Below are positions 14,661 through 27,019 of a stretch of DNA of 64,000 nt, in pieces. The position numbers and the translations under genes were made by a program. The stretch comes from Eledone cirrhosa (Eukaryota), in contig OZ024742.1 of NCBI GenBank assembly GCA_964016885.1, positions 140,492,001 through 140,556,000 on the forward strand. The letters run 5' to 3'. Numbering within the stretch: the first letter of the stretch is position 1; every line of letters begins with the position of its first letter. Under the pieces are notes generated by a model. It searched no databases. It was not told the DNA's origin and was given only the letters and a program-made list of their open reading frames with translations.

Positions 14661-16752
14661 TTATCATGTGACATCTCTACTACTATTGATTTTTCATACT
14701 GTGATGAAGAAGAAGAGAAAACTTTTTTGGTAGCCATTTTGTTGTTTCCTATTTATTATCATTTTGTATACACTTCATCATTAATCAATTAGACTGAAAA
14801 ACTACTAGGATAGTACATACAGTATAATACCATCCTCGTTCTGTGTGTGTATATGTCTGAGTGTGTGTGATCCTGTGTCTGTCTATATGTATGTGTGTGC
14901 GTCTCTGTTTCTGATGTATGTGTATGCTTGTCTGTGTGTGTGTATGCATTTCTCTGTGTGTGTGTATACATCTTTATTCAAATAGCCTAATTTATTTATT
15001 GTAGTACAGTACCAGCCTTTCATCCTGTATGTGCATGCATGTGCGTCATCTTTATTCTATAAGTGTGTGTGAGGGCACATCTTCAAATAATTCATTATTC
15101 CTTGTTTCTCTGGATAATCTCTTGTTGCCTTTAAGAGAATAAAAAAAACATCTTGGTGTGTGCATGTATTTATGTAGGTTGTGAAAGCATGTGGCTTAGT
15201 GGTTAGGGTGTTTGATTCATGATTGTATGGTGAAGATTTTGATTTCTAGTGCCACATTGAGTCCTTGTGCAAGACACTTTATTTCACATTGCTCCAGTGT
15301 ACTCATTTGGCAAAAATGAGTTCTATCTGTAATTGAAAGGGTCAACCTTGTAATACACTGTGCCACACTGAATCTTCCTATGAATTACATTAATAGGGTA
15401 TGTGTTTATGGAATGCCCAGCCACTTGCACATTGATCAAACAACTAGAACACTCATTGTTAGAACCAATGAAGGTCCAACACACATGTATGTGTATGTAT
15501 GTACGAATGTACATATATATGTAAACTATGTGTGTGTGTATGTACATCTATATGTAATCTATGTGTGTGTATGTATGTATGTAATATATGTAACATATGT
15601 ATATATGCCACTGTATGTGTATGTAAAGGGCAGATTATATGATATTTATGTCTGAAATGTCATGCTGCGTGGCAGTGAGACATGGTCCCTGATTGCAGGA
15701 GATTTGCGCCAGCTAAAAAATAATGAAGCATACATACTCTACTGGGTGTGTAATATTAGTGTGCATGAATGACAGAACACAAGTGAATTGAAGTAAAATC
15801 TAAGAGGAATTGAATGTAGCATGCAAGAGAGACAATTGTGCTGGTAAGGTCATGTGATATGTAAAGGGAAAGTGAGTTATATAAAAATAAACGCACTTGA
15901 TGTAGATGGAAGACCAAGAAAGACATGGTTCAAAGTTGTGGGAGGATTGAATTCACAATTGTGAGGTTGCGAGTAGGTTCCCAGACCAGGCAATGTGTTA
16001 TGTCCTTAAGGAAGACACTTCTTTTCTTGTTGCTCTTTTTGCCAGGAGTTGCGACCAGTAGATAGTATCAGCAATGGAACCATTGTTTCCTTGGTCTTAT
16101 TTCATGATTTCCAACCCACTCAGTAAGAGAATGAGGTCTTGTTGATCGATTGAATCACAAAACAATTGGAAAGCATCATTGAAACATATGTACCAGAATA
16201 CTATAGTATACAATCATTTGATGAATTCCTAGAAATTCTACAGGAAACTGACAAATTGGCAACATTTCTACCATGTGCATCAAAAGCCTTTCTACGTCCT
16301 TCCCAATAATTGTTTCTAGCATAGACACAAGGTCAGTGATTTTGGGGAACAGGAAAGTTGATTAAATCAACTGCAGTACTTTACTGGCATTTTATTTTAT
16401 TGCCCCTGGAAGGATGTAAAGCAAAGCTGACCTTGACAAGATATGAACTCAGAATGTAAAGAGACATAAGTAAATGCTATAAAGCATTCTGTCCAACACT
16501 AACAATTCTATCAGTCCGCTGCCAACATACTCCCAAAAATGGAAACAATCTATATTATAACAACTGTACAGCTTTTTTCACTGCCTACAGTCTGTTAAAA
16601 ATATTTTAACATTTTTTATTTAGAATTCATGGAACACAAATTTAAGATAAAAGTAGGGGAGAGGTAAATGTGTCTCTCTTTCTTTTTTACTGTCTCCCTG
16701 TCCCCCTCTCTTTCTCTGTCTATCTATCTATTTCTGTATATATATATATGTG

Positions 16753-16789
<37 letters not shown>

Positions 16790-17529
16790 ATCATCATCAT
16801 CTTTTAATGTCTATTTTTCCATGCTTTCATGGGTTAGACGGGTTATCACATTATGAGACAAGTCAGGTCTGGAGACAATGTCTAGCTCATATGGATCTGT
16901 ATTTAGGCTTGGTTTCTGCAGCTGGATGCTCTTCCAACCATGTTACAGTGAGGACTGGTTACTTCTTATCATGGCACCAGATCAGCATGCATCATAGACT
17001 TAGTGCATTTGGTCATGGAAATGGCATTGTGGGAGATCAGATGTAGCTCATGTTCAGTGTTCATGCTTGTATGCATGGGGTGGGCAGCAGAGGTGTATCA
17101 GGTGTGAGGGTTTGGAGTGGGGACAAGTAAGTAAGTTCAACACAGATAAGGTGTGTGGGATATGTAGCTGGTGAGAGCAGGGTATTAAAACTGGGGAGAG
17201 TGAATGGAGAGGGATGCAGACTAGTGTGTCCTCAACATATTTGTTTCATTTCATTTTGTGGACATGGGAAACCAGGTCTTCAGTATGATGCCAGATGCTA
17301 TCTCCTTTGTGAGATTTAATTGTCCAAGGTCAGCTTTTAACACTTCATCTCAAGCTTTCCGAGATCTTCTTCTTCAATAGTTTCATTGACTTTGAGTGCC
17401 CTGGACCTTTTTATACAGATGTCATCCTTCATATGCATCACATGTTCAAACCATCGCCATCTACTTTTCGATACACTACATCTAATTTACCTTATGTCTA
17501 GTTTCTCACTCAAGCAAAGTCATGTTGAA

Positions 17530-18310
17530 GATCTTGCTAAACCAACAGAAGCTGCAAGCAGATCTTCAACCTTAGAATAATATGCAAAATGTGCCTCTAA
17601 CATCAACAGGACCTCTACTACATCTTTGTGGACTTCAAGAAGGCATTTGAAAGGGTTTGGCATGCAGCACTGTGGGCCACAATGAAGCTGTACAACATCA
17701 ATGGTAACTTGATCAGGGTGATATGGAGGCTATAAGACAAAGCCACCAGTGCAGCCTTCTTCGAGAGAATTATGACAGACGCATTGGAAGACCATGAAGA
17801 GACAGTCAGCAATGGTGGCAGGATTGTTATGAGCTTGCATTTTGCCGATGACATAGATGATCTAGCAGGGAAGGAAGAGGAGCTAGCCAACCTAGTGGAA
17901 TGTCTTAACAAGACTACTACCACCTACGGCATGCAGATCAGTGCAGAAAAGACCAAAGTGATGACCAACAACACCAATGGCATCAGCATTGACATCAGGG
18001 TCAACAGCAAAAAACAAGAGTGTGTCAACAGTTTCAAATACCTGGGGGCAATCATCTCAGTTGAAGGATTTAAACCTAAAGTACTCACCACACCTGCCCA
18101 GACAACATCAGCACTTACAAAATTTAAGACCACCTGGAATGACAAAAACATAGCCCTCAGATCAAAGATCAGACTGATGCACTCTCTGGTCATGCTCATA
18201 TTCTTGTATGCCTGTGAGTCTTGAACAATAACAGCAGATATGGAAAGAAGGATACAGGCTATGGAGATGAGATGCTTCAGAAAGTTCCTTGGCATCACCT
18301 ACAGAGACCA
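17530..18310 (+). mobile_element. RTE (BovB-like) RT fragment
   Basis: FVDFKKAF, LHFADDID, YGMQISAEKTKVM, FKYLG, FLYACES. Confidence 0.88.
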
Positions 18311-18379
18311 CCCATATTGTAACACAATGATATTATACCCAATGGCTGGTGTAGCAGCATCATCAACTGCTACAAGGGC

Positions 18380-18910
18380 AAAGGAGATGCACTAGACAAA
18401 GGAAACTATAGAGGTATCAAGTTGATGGACCAGGTCATGAAAGTAAGGACTTTTACTTGACATTTGTTGACCTGGAGGGAGCATTTGACAGAGTCCCCCA
18501 ATCCATAATTTGGTGGGCTCTTAGAAAATTAGAAGTAGATGAGTAGCTTGTGAAAGTGGTATAAGCCATGTACAGAGGAACAGTCAGCAAGGTAAGAATT
18601 TACAATGATTAAAGTGAGGAATTTAACATGCAAGTAGGAGTCCATCGGGGCTCCGTTCTTAGCCCTCTCCTATTTATTATCATCGTTCTGGCTATAACGG
18701 AAGAGTTTAAGACTAACTACACATAGAAACTCCTATATGCCTTCATTGCTGAATTTATGACAGAATTAGAGAAGAAATTTCAAACTTGGAAGCAAAGGCT
18801 AAAGTCCTAGTAAGTAGAAAGATCTCCTCGGGCAAATGGCCTTGTTTAGTGTGCAGGAAAAGAAGTGGGTAGTAATTCCATATGCTCCAAATTCAAACTA
18901 TGGGTACAGC
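18380..18910 (+). mobile_element. RTE RT fragment (PHD-bearing family)
   Basis: KGKGDALD..NYRGIKL, AFDRVP, WWALRKL, WPCLVCRK. Confidence 0.8.
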
Positions 18911-19384
18911 TGCTTTGCCTGTCTTCATAATACACACACACATATATATATATATATGTTATACTGCATATATATATAAAGTTATACTGTATAAATACAG
19001 GAAAATTCTCATTTTTTAGCATGTTTACATATTAGATATGTGTATATATTTATACACATTGGTGCAGTCTCGGTTGCACACTCTGTATTTACACAGATAT
19101 AACTTTATCATACACCTCAGCTGTTAATGCACTTCTTTATATATATATATATTACGAAAAAGCAATGAAGTTTTGGAATTATCCATGAGCCAATCAATGT
19201 TGGAGTCAGTTCCATAGCATCTCTAGGCAACCACGAGCCTATCATCTGTGAAATGTTCGTAACAGTTCAGTAATCAATAAAAACATGTAAACAAAACTTC
19301 ATCACTTTTTCTTATATACACTCTGCCTGTGCATCAAGTACTCATATTGGTACCACCACCAGTAAATCACTGAATCATCTATAC

Positions 19385-19415
<31 letters not shown>

Positions 19416-19825
19416 ACACACAGAGTTAGTTCTACAACAAATTAGCAAACCATACTTGAGAACACACATTTCACCTGAAGGATTCTTCAACTCCTGTATG
19501 GTTATATTGATAACTGAAGTATTTATGAGCTGGCTGGATTCTGCATGACAGATGTCAGTAGTTGAATGACAAGGGAGACAACTTGAGTAGATTATTGTAG
19601 GAGGGGCAACTTTTGAAGAATGATCCCTTGTGACAGTTCAGTCTGGATTAAATTTCTGGTAATCATGGGTCTTTCCAGTTGCGTAATATGTAATCATACA
19701 CAAAACACCAGCACCAACAGTCTTGCTAGAGATGTCAATATGAATGGACCTGTTATTTTTATCTAAAGACATTTTTTCCAATTCCAACCTGCCCATCCCC
19801 TCAATCTATCTTATTTCTCATTCTT

Positions 19826-19861
19826 TCTTCTGATGAAGGGCTAGCGTCTGAAACGTTAAGA
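19826..19861 (+). ncRNA. Minimal PLE-type hammerhead ribozyme motif
   Basis: UCUU-CUGAUGA-A-GGGC UAGC GUCU-GAAAC-GUU-AAGA; palindromic ACGU stem III. Confidence 0.75.
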
Positions 19862-20030
19862 CCCTCTACCTGCTATATCAAGCGTTAACCTAATATATCC
19901 CTTCCGTATACTCTACCGATTGTGTTGTTAGTTCTGTTTACCTTTTTCATATATATATATATGTATATATATATATATTCAATGATATTAAATAAATGGA
20001 AACTATATTTATTAAACCATATTTATTCTA

Positions 20031-20080
20031 TTATATATATTTCAAGGGTACCAAAACTTTGGTACACTCTCATCAGATAA
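20031..20080 (-). ncRNA. Degenerate hammerhead ribozyme motif
   Basis: UUAU-CUGAUGA-GAGUGUACCAA AGUU UUGGUACCCUU-GAAA-UAUAU-AUAA; 10-bp stem II; the cleavage-site nucleotide appears to be missing. Confidence 0.55.
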
Positions 20081-20721
20081 AATACAAAGTTTGTTTTATA
20101 AATATTGACATAACCAGGAAAGAAGAAGTTAACGGTTCAAGTTTTTCCAGGAAAAACTTGAACCTTTATATATATAATAATAATGATTTCTTTATTATTT
20201 ATTTATTTATTTATAATAATAATAATAATAATAATAACATTGCCGATGTTATATAAATTGTTACATAAATTGTTTATTCATAATAATTATTTCAACGGTT
20301 TTCTTATGCAATCCATGATGTAATTTATGCATTTCTTGTTATGAGAATAGTATCTTCAGATGAAAATCTGATTTTGTGATATGCCTCAGGCAAAAAAACA
20401 TGTCCTTCTTCTCGTGAGCCCAGCTGACATATAAGTTCATAAAGAGTCTTCCCAGCCATTGTGTTTACAATTTGCAGAGCAAGGTGTTATCTATGTGTTA
20501 ATTAGTGAATCTGGTCTCATGGACTTACCACAGATTTGTGGTCGTAAATTATCACAGGAATATCCTTCCCAACCATGCGGAGAGAAAAAGAATCTCCACC
20601 ATGGCGGGATTTTTACCTATTTCTCTCTCTACCCACTCTGCATATCCCCATGTATTGAGTACTCCCATGATTAGTGGTCTCCTCGGTATCATCGCTGCAG
20701 ACTATATATATATATATATAT

Positions 20722-21900
20722 ACAATACATAAACAGAGAAAGCCTTAAGCGATACTCCGACCAACTCCATCTCACTCAACAAACATTAGGATATACTTAA
20801 GTATTATCCCAATTTAGTGTTTGGGGTTCTAACTAATCAGTATTTATGGATAATTGGTTGTATTATTTTATATGAGACATTATTAAATAAATATCTCATT
20901 TCTTCCAGACGGCCGTTTCGTTATAAGATTTCTACAATTTGGGATAAATAATTTCCAGGTCAAGTAGAAACTTGTATATAATCCATAGTTTTATACACAA
21001 GCAGGCTCTTATAAACTCATCAGTGGATGCCCAGTCAATAATGATATAAGAATTATATCGACATTAACAGAATGGTGATGGTCTCCCTCATATTTATTAA
21101 AATAACAGATTAAAGTTTAAGTAAAGAATCGTTGCTTTCACCCTTAACGGGATCTTCTGAAACTAAAAAAGTCAATCTGTGAACGCAGAAGTAAATATTT
21201 CAAAAAATGTTGCAACCGAAGGAAGACAGGAAGACAATACTTTGGTTCGTGGAAACGTTCCCTGGCAGAGAACAGAAAAAAATGAAGATAATACGTCATT
21301 ATTTGGTGCAGTGAAAACAATTACACACGAAGACAAAACCACGTTTATGGTATAAATGAAGTCGTAGACTAATATTCTATTAGGTGGTTCATGGAGACGT
21401 TCTCTGGCAATGAACGGAAAAAACGAAGATAATACGTCATTATGTGGAGCAATGAGAACAATTACACGCAAAGACAAAACCACGTAATTGGTATAACTGA
21501 AGTCGTAGACTAAAATTCTATTTAGGAAACCGAATGATTCTCGGCTTCAAAGTTAAGAATAAAGTAAATAAAATACAGAGGTAATTGAAATTAAATATAT
21601 ACATACACACAACTGTAAATGTACATACACAAGCATACGCGAAAACACTCCCCATGGGTATGCAAATACAAGCACATATACAAAAAAAATAAAAATAAAA
21701 AACACGCACATACAGAACCCACGCAACGCCTGTACCACACACATACGACGAATGAATACAGCAAATACACATAAAAATAAGTAAATAAATAAAAACATAT
21801 ATATATACACATGTGTGTGTGTGTATACATAATTAAATAAACGTATATAAATATACCCAATATATATAATATAATATACATTATATATATATAATTCATA
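20722..21900 (-). mobile_element. Non-coding hammerhead-bearing element between (TA)n tracts (PLE pseudo-LTR or retrozyme-like)
   Basis: Contains the hammerhead at 20904-21027 and a tandem duplication of about 142 bp (21243-21526); CpGs retained; no RT homology seen. Confidence 0.5.
20904..21027 (-). ncRNA. Type I hammerhead ribozyme with expanded stem II
   Basis: Minus strand reads UCCA-CUGAUGA-[stem II GUUUAUAAGA...UCUUAUAAC]-GAAAC-GGCC-GUC-UGGA; all core nucleotides are present. Confidence 0.85.
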
Positions 21901-22002
21901 AACAGCTTTGTTATAATTTGGTGAAGAAACTGAATATTACTTATTCTGTCTGTAAAACAATGGTTGATCTACTAGAAAATATAATCTTGGACAATGTGGG
22001 TA

Positions 22003-22011
<9 letters not shown>

Positions 22012-22081
<70 letters not shown>
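22012..22081. repeat. (TA)n microsatellite
   Basis: Direct reading. Confidence 0.95.
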
Positions 22082-22083
<2 letters not shown>

Positions 22084-22199
22084 AAATTACAACTTTCAAT
22101 TCATACTTGAGTACTTGGGTACGCCATCAGTTTCAGCAATAAGCATTCAGTTGTTTGATAAACTGTATACTCAACTTGTGGATTAACAAGTGAGTGGTG

Positions 22200-22400
22200 G
22201 AATATTCTACAGACAAGTATCATCATAGCTTGGCTTCATGAATAAAGATTTTAAAAAGAGTGGTCCATGTTGACTGCAGGCATACTCGTGGCTTTCAAGG
22301 TCAATGTGGGACATACAGGCAAGGCTACAGTTGAAGATTTGGTCACGGTTTGATGACATGGTGTTGTGGTTCTTCCTCCTTTGCCTTTTGTCCTGTGGGT
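22200..22400 (-). mobile_element. RTE extreme 3' remnant (C2H2-like terminus)
   Basis: KRQRRK...CSLACMSHIDLESHEYAC resembles the terminal CxSxIGLxSHxxxC of RTE elements. Confidence 0.5.
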
Positions 22401-23094
22401 GTTTACCAAGCTGCATCAGCGTGACACAATATGTGACAATGCTAGACTTTAGAAATACAATCCACCAAATGAGCTTTAGTTTCTGTCTACCTAATTTTAT
22501 TCACATGGTTTAAATTTTTCTGAGACTATAGTAAATAACATTTGCCCAAGGTGCCATGCAATTGGATTGGACCCAGAACCTCATGATCGGGATGTAAACT
22601 TATACTACACAACTATGTTTGCATCTACACTTTAGTAAATTATGTTCAGAAAGACATTAATCAATATAAAAAATTTCTTGCTACAACAAATCATAGACAT
22701 TGTCTATTTTTGGCAGAATCATACGTCTTAAGCAGCCATGAACTAAAAAAATATGGATGTAAAGAAATGTTTAGACATGGTGTGATCATTCAGCACACAT
22801 TAATATTAACTAATTTCACAAATGTTGCAGAGGAGGCGGGGTTAAAGAAACTATTGATTTGGACATCAATGCTTTAAAAAAATAGACTGTACAGCATTTG
22901 GACATCATTGGCTTTAAAAAAATAAACTACAATAATATTTTTGTAATCATTGATGTCATTAGAAGGAGACATACTTTGCAGGGCATAGCAAGTATTCATT
23001 AGTGATATACTTTTATGGAAGCCACAACATAGATATACATGTGTTTTACAGGACATTGTTGGAAAGCTACACAAGTACTCATTAGTAATATGAT

Positions 23095-23937
23095 GTTACA
23101 AGGTATCTCCTTCAAAATAACACCCTTGGAAAGTCACACAGTGGTTCCAATATTTTTTTTCATTGATTGTAGCAGTACTGGAAGTCATTTCTGTGAGTGT
23201 CCTTAGCTTGTCAGTTACAATTTTTGTATGTTTTCCACAGTCCCGAAATGATGACCTTCAACTTCAGTTTCAACTTATGGGAAGCAGTAGAAATGACACA
23301 GAGCTAGATCTGGACTGTAGGGAGGATGTCGAAGAGTGGGAATGTTTTTCTTCACCAAAAATTCTCTAATTGAAAGTGCTATGTGAGCAGGCAAGTTATC
23401 ATGGTACAGTGCCCAATCTCTTGCAATGTCCTTTCAGACTTGCTCCATTTTCAAAGTCGTTCCAAAACATCTTTGTAGACAGTGTGATTAGCTGTCTGTC
23501 CTGGGGGTAGAGCTCATATCACTTCTACATTTTGTTCATTTGTCAACAAGATTGGCCTTCCAGGACGAGGTTTGCCTTCAACATTTTCTCGGCCCTCTTT
23601 GAAAGCTTTGTGCCTCTCAATAATCTTACTTTTCAATAGAGTGGCATCTCCATAAGTTTATGTTAAAAAATTAAATGTTTTGGTGGCAGATTTGTTGAGT
23701 TTCATACAAAATTTGATCACATACGGTTCAATATTTTCCTGTATTGCAAACATAACAGAGGTCATAAACATGACTATATAAATAACAATAATTCATGACT
23801 GACTCAATGGATCATGTTGAAACAAGTATCTATGTGCAACCAAGGTCATAACCAACACAGCTATATACATCGAGGTGCTGCGTTATCTTATTGTACATTG
23901 GAAAATCAGTACCCTTACTTTTGGGACAAACCTCATA
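23095..23937 (-). mobile_element. Second mariner fossil, internally deleted
   Basis: Minus strand HPPYSPDLALCHF at about 23290-23328, C-terminal GCYFEGD, TIR-like end TATGAGGTTTGTCCCAAAAGTAAG at 23937. Confidence 0.8.
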
Positions 23938-23947
23938 TACCAAATTA

Positions 23948-24195
23948 TTAACCCTTTTGATACCAAACTACCTGAAACTGTTCTTGGTTTTATATTACAA
24001 AACTGCTTATTTTCAAGTGTTCATATTTACCTAAAAACCTCTCTTCATAATTTTATGAAAGAACCTTTGTTAAGTTATGTTCCAAACACCAGTTTAATAA
24101 TGAGGAAATTATATTTCTAAATCCCTCTAAATTTTTGATTATTTAAAAACTGCAAGCAGTTTCTTTCATTAGAAATATGGTAATGTAAGGGTTAA
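23948..24195. mobile_element. piggyBac-like MITE (related copies near 742-982, 4422-4660, 13110-13340, 33930-34340)
   Basis: TTAA-CCCTT...AAGGG-TTAA termini; internal sequence recurs through the window. Confidence 0.7.
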
Positions 24196-24515
24196 ATAAA
24201 ATTGTTATTATTGGAAAGATCTATTTTTGTCTTGTAGGTGGACGCACATTAAGACATTGGTATTTTTAATGTAAAGCCTCTTTTTATATGTATTGATTTC
24301 TAATTTAAGCACAAAGACAGCAAATTTGGGGGAAGGGCAAAGTTGATTAAATCAACCCCAATACTTGATTGGTACTTTATTTTGGCAGGATTTAAACTCA
24401 GAATGTAAATAGTCATAACAAATACCACAATGGCATTTTATCCAATGCTCTACTAATTCTGCCAGTTTCCACCCTCCTCCTCTTACATATGTTAATTTCA
24501 ACTTTTGTCTTGTAG

Positions 24516-24640
24516 GTGCACACAAATCAAGACATATTCCTGGGACAATGCACAAGTAGTTTTAGTGGGCAATAAGTGTGACTTGGAAGAGGAACGTGTC
24601 GTGTCTACTGAACGAGGAAAACAGCTGGCTGACCAGCTAG
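24516..24640 (+). CDS. Rab3: Rab3 internal coding exon (G4 NKCD)
   Basis: ttgtag|G TGC...CTA G|gtaagt; (W)[41 protein letters not shown](G); 125 nt, phases compatible with both neighbouring exons. Confidence 0.97.
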
Positions 24641-25679
24641 GTAAGTGGTAGAAACCCTTTTTTGGGGTTGGGGGGTTGAACATTTTGTGCAATGATTTAT
24701 AACAATTGCCATGTGTGTTATACTTCTGTTGGTTTTCCTGCCGATGAGTGTTCCTATTGAATGGAAAAGCTTGCTCATAAAATAAACATGCAAGTAGCTA
24801 AGCATTCCACAGACACATGTGCCTGTAACATAGTTCTCAGGGAGATTCAACATGACACAGTATGTGACATGGCTGGCTCTTTGAATCACAGGTACAACTC
24901 ATTTTCTTTTCTTGATAAAAGGCCTGGAGCAATGTGAAATAAAGTGTCTTGCTGGGAATCAAACAACCTTATGATTGTGAGCAGGAACACCTTAACCCAT
25001 AGGCCACACATCTTCATTGAACAATTATCATAGCATTTTAATATTTGGATATGTGTTTGTATGCTTAAGAGAATTCTATTCTGTTACAAAACAAGCATAC
25101 CCATGATTATACATAGTTATGTATATACAAGCCTTCCACTTGTGCAACACATGCATACACAATTTTCTATTGGCTGGCTGTAATACCTTTAAATGCAACA
25201 TATATTGTGTCTATCAAAAGTGATAGTTAAATTAACTGTTTCAACTAAATTCTTTTTCTTTTAATATTATCTAAATACAATCGCAGCCAAAGTTCTTAAC
25301 AGAATTTATGAAAAGCAACATGTGATATATGAATGGGCCAAAAGCTGCAGCCAAAATATTATAAACACAGAGCATTGCAACTGTTTTAAGCACAATTGTT
25401 TTAAGGCTATTTTCCTTGCTAAAACAGCTAATCCTTGTGGACCCCATGATAGACTTAATAGTCATCCATGTATAGAAGTATATGTGGTAATTTCATATTG
25501 TCAAGTGTACATGAACATCAGAGGAAATAATGTTTTAGGAAAGCCTTATATTTGTAGGGGCAAGGAGGGATATGGGATCAATGATGTACTGTACATACTT
25601 TTTTTTATAAAGGTATGAGAAACAGAAGTGAAACAGTTTCCCCAAGGAGTTGATCTTAGACTATACCTAAAATATTCTA

Positions 25680-25832
25680 AGGCATAGGCATGGTTGAATA
25701 GTTGAAAAGTTCACTTCAGAACCATGATGTTTTGGGTTCAGTCCCACTGTGTGACACTTTCTACTATAGCCTTGGACTGACCAATGGTGTGTGATTGAAT
25801 TTGGTTGACAGAAACTGTAGGAAGCCTGTTGT
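25680..25832 (+). mobile_element. Third tRNA-derived SINE family (related copies near 22455(-), 34920, 36390, 46085, 51930)
   Basis: gggttcagtcccactg B box; tail gaatttggt.gac.gaaactg...gaagcc recurs. Confidence 0.7.
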
Positions 25833-26357
25833 ATATATATATATGTATCATCATCATCATTTAACATTCACTTTCCCTGCTAGCAAGGGTTGGACGCGTC
25901 TACATAGACCAAGTCAGTACTAAAGCAGGGCTACTGACCTCCCAGGCAGGCTAAGGGGCTTACTTACAGTCATATCAATTGCAGAGGAGAAGTTGCAAGG
26001 TTGTTTGTCAGTGTATTTTCTACACTACATCAGTTTTTATTCAGAGTTACTGCTTTCCTAGATGGGCTGCCTTTACTGTGGTTTAGAGCCCAGGTCATCC
26101 CTGTTCAGTTTTCATATGGAGTTACTGCTATCTTAGATAGGTTGTCCAACATGCAAATATTTATTTGATGTTATTGCTCTCCTACATGATTGCTTTCATT
26201 TTGGTGTATTGAGCTCCCATCTGATCCAATATGAAAATATATAAGTTATATTAATTTGTTTGTGTATATGTATATAATTGTTGGTTTCTTTTATTTTTCC
26301 CATGATGCATTGCATATTGCTTTAACAATTAAAATAAACATATTTGTCTCTTAATAG

Positions 26358-26548
26358 GTTTGGAATTTTTTGAGACGTCTGCAAAGGAAAATATCAATGT
26401 GAAAGCTGTATTTGAGCGATTGGTGGACATCATATGTGATAAGATGTCTGAAAGCCTTGATTCTGATCCTACTCTCGTCAACAGCCAGACTAAGGGAACT
26501 CGTCTGACAGAGAACCCCAACCCTCAGAATAGTAGCTGTCAGTGTTAG
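26358..26548 (+). CDS. Rab3: Rab3 last coding exon (G5 ETSAK, C-terminal CXC prenylation motif)
   Basis: aatag|GT TTG GAA...; LEFFETSAKENINVKAVFERLVDIICDKMSESLDSDP...SSCQC-TAG. Confidence 0.97.
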
Positions 26549-27019
26549 ACAAATGAAAATACTACTGCTCCTCCTCCACTTCCTTTTTCTTATCTCCTTT
26601 TCCTTCTCTTCTTTTCTTCTATTTCTCCCCCACTTCCCCGCCTCACATTCAACCTTCAGTTAATATTGCTGGCCAAAAATGTAGCTGGACTCGTGGGTGC
26701 CATTAGTGCCACCTAGTGCCAGATTGAATGCATCAGGGGAAAGTTATTTGACTTAGGAGGTCTCTGTGTTCTTTAATTTAACAACTACAAAAAAAAAACA
26801 ATAATAAATAATAAATAAAGTTACTAAATTTCCACTTTGTTAATCTTAACTGCTGCCAACAGTTGTCTTGTTGTTATCATGTAGTGTATATGGACTATCA
26901 TTCTTTTAGAAAAAACAACATTCAAATTTATTTCTTTAAAGGGACTTCAAAAAATGTTTCCTTTTTTAATTTTATTTAAGTGGGACTAAAATTTAATTTC
27001 TAAACTATTATTATTATTG

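Noticed and set aside
13762-14792. ORFs rich in H/T, V/C or Y/L (also near 15380, 21518-22142 and 27903-28289)
   Set aside because: Translations of microsatellites with no protein-like features.
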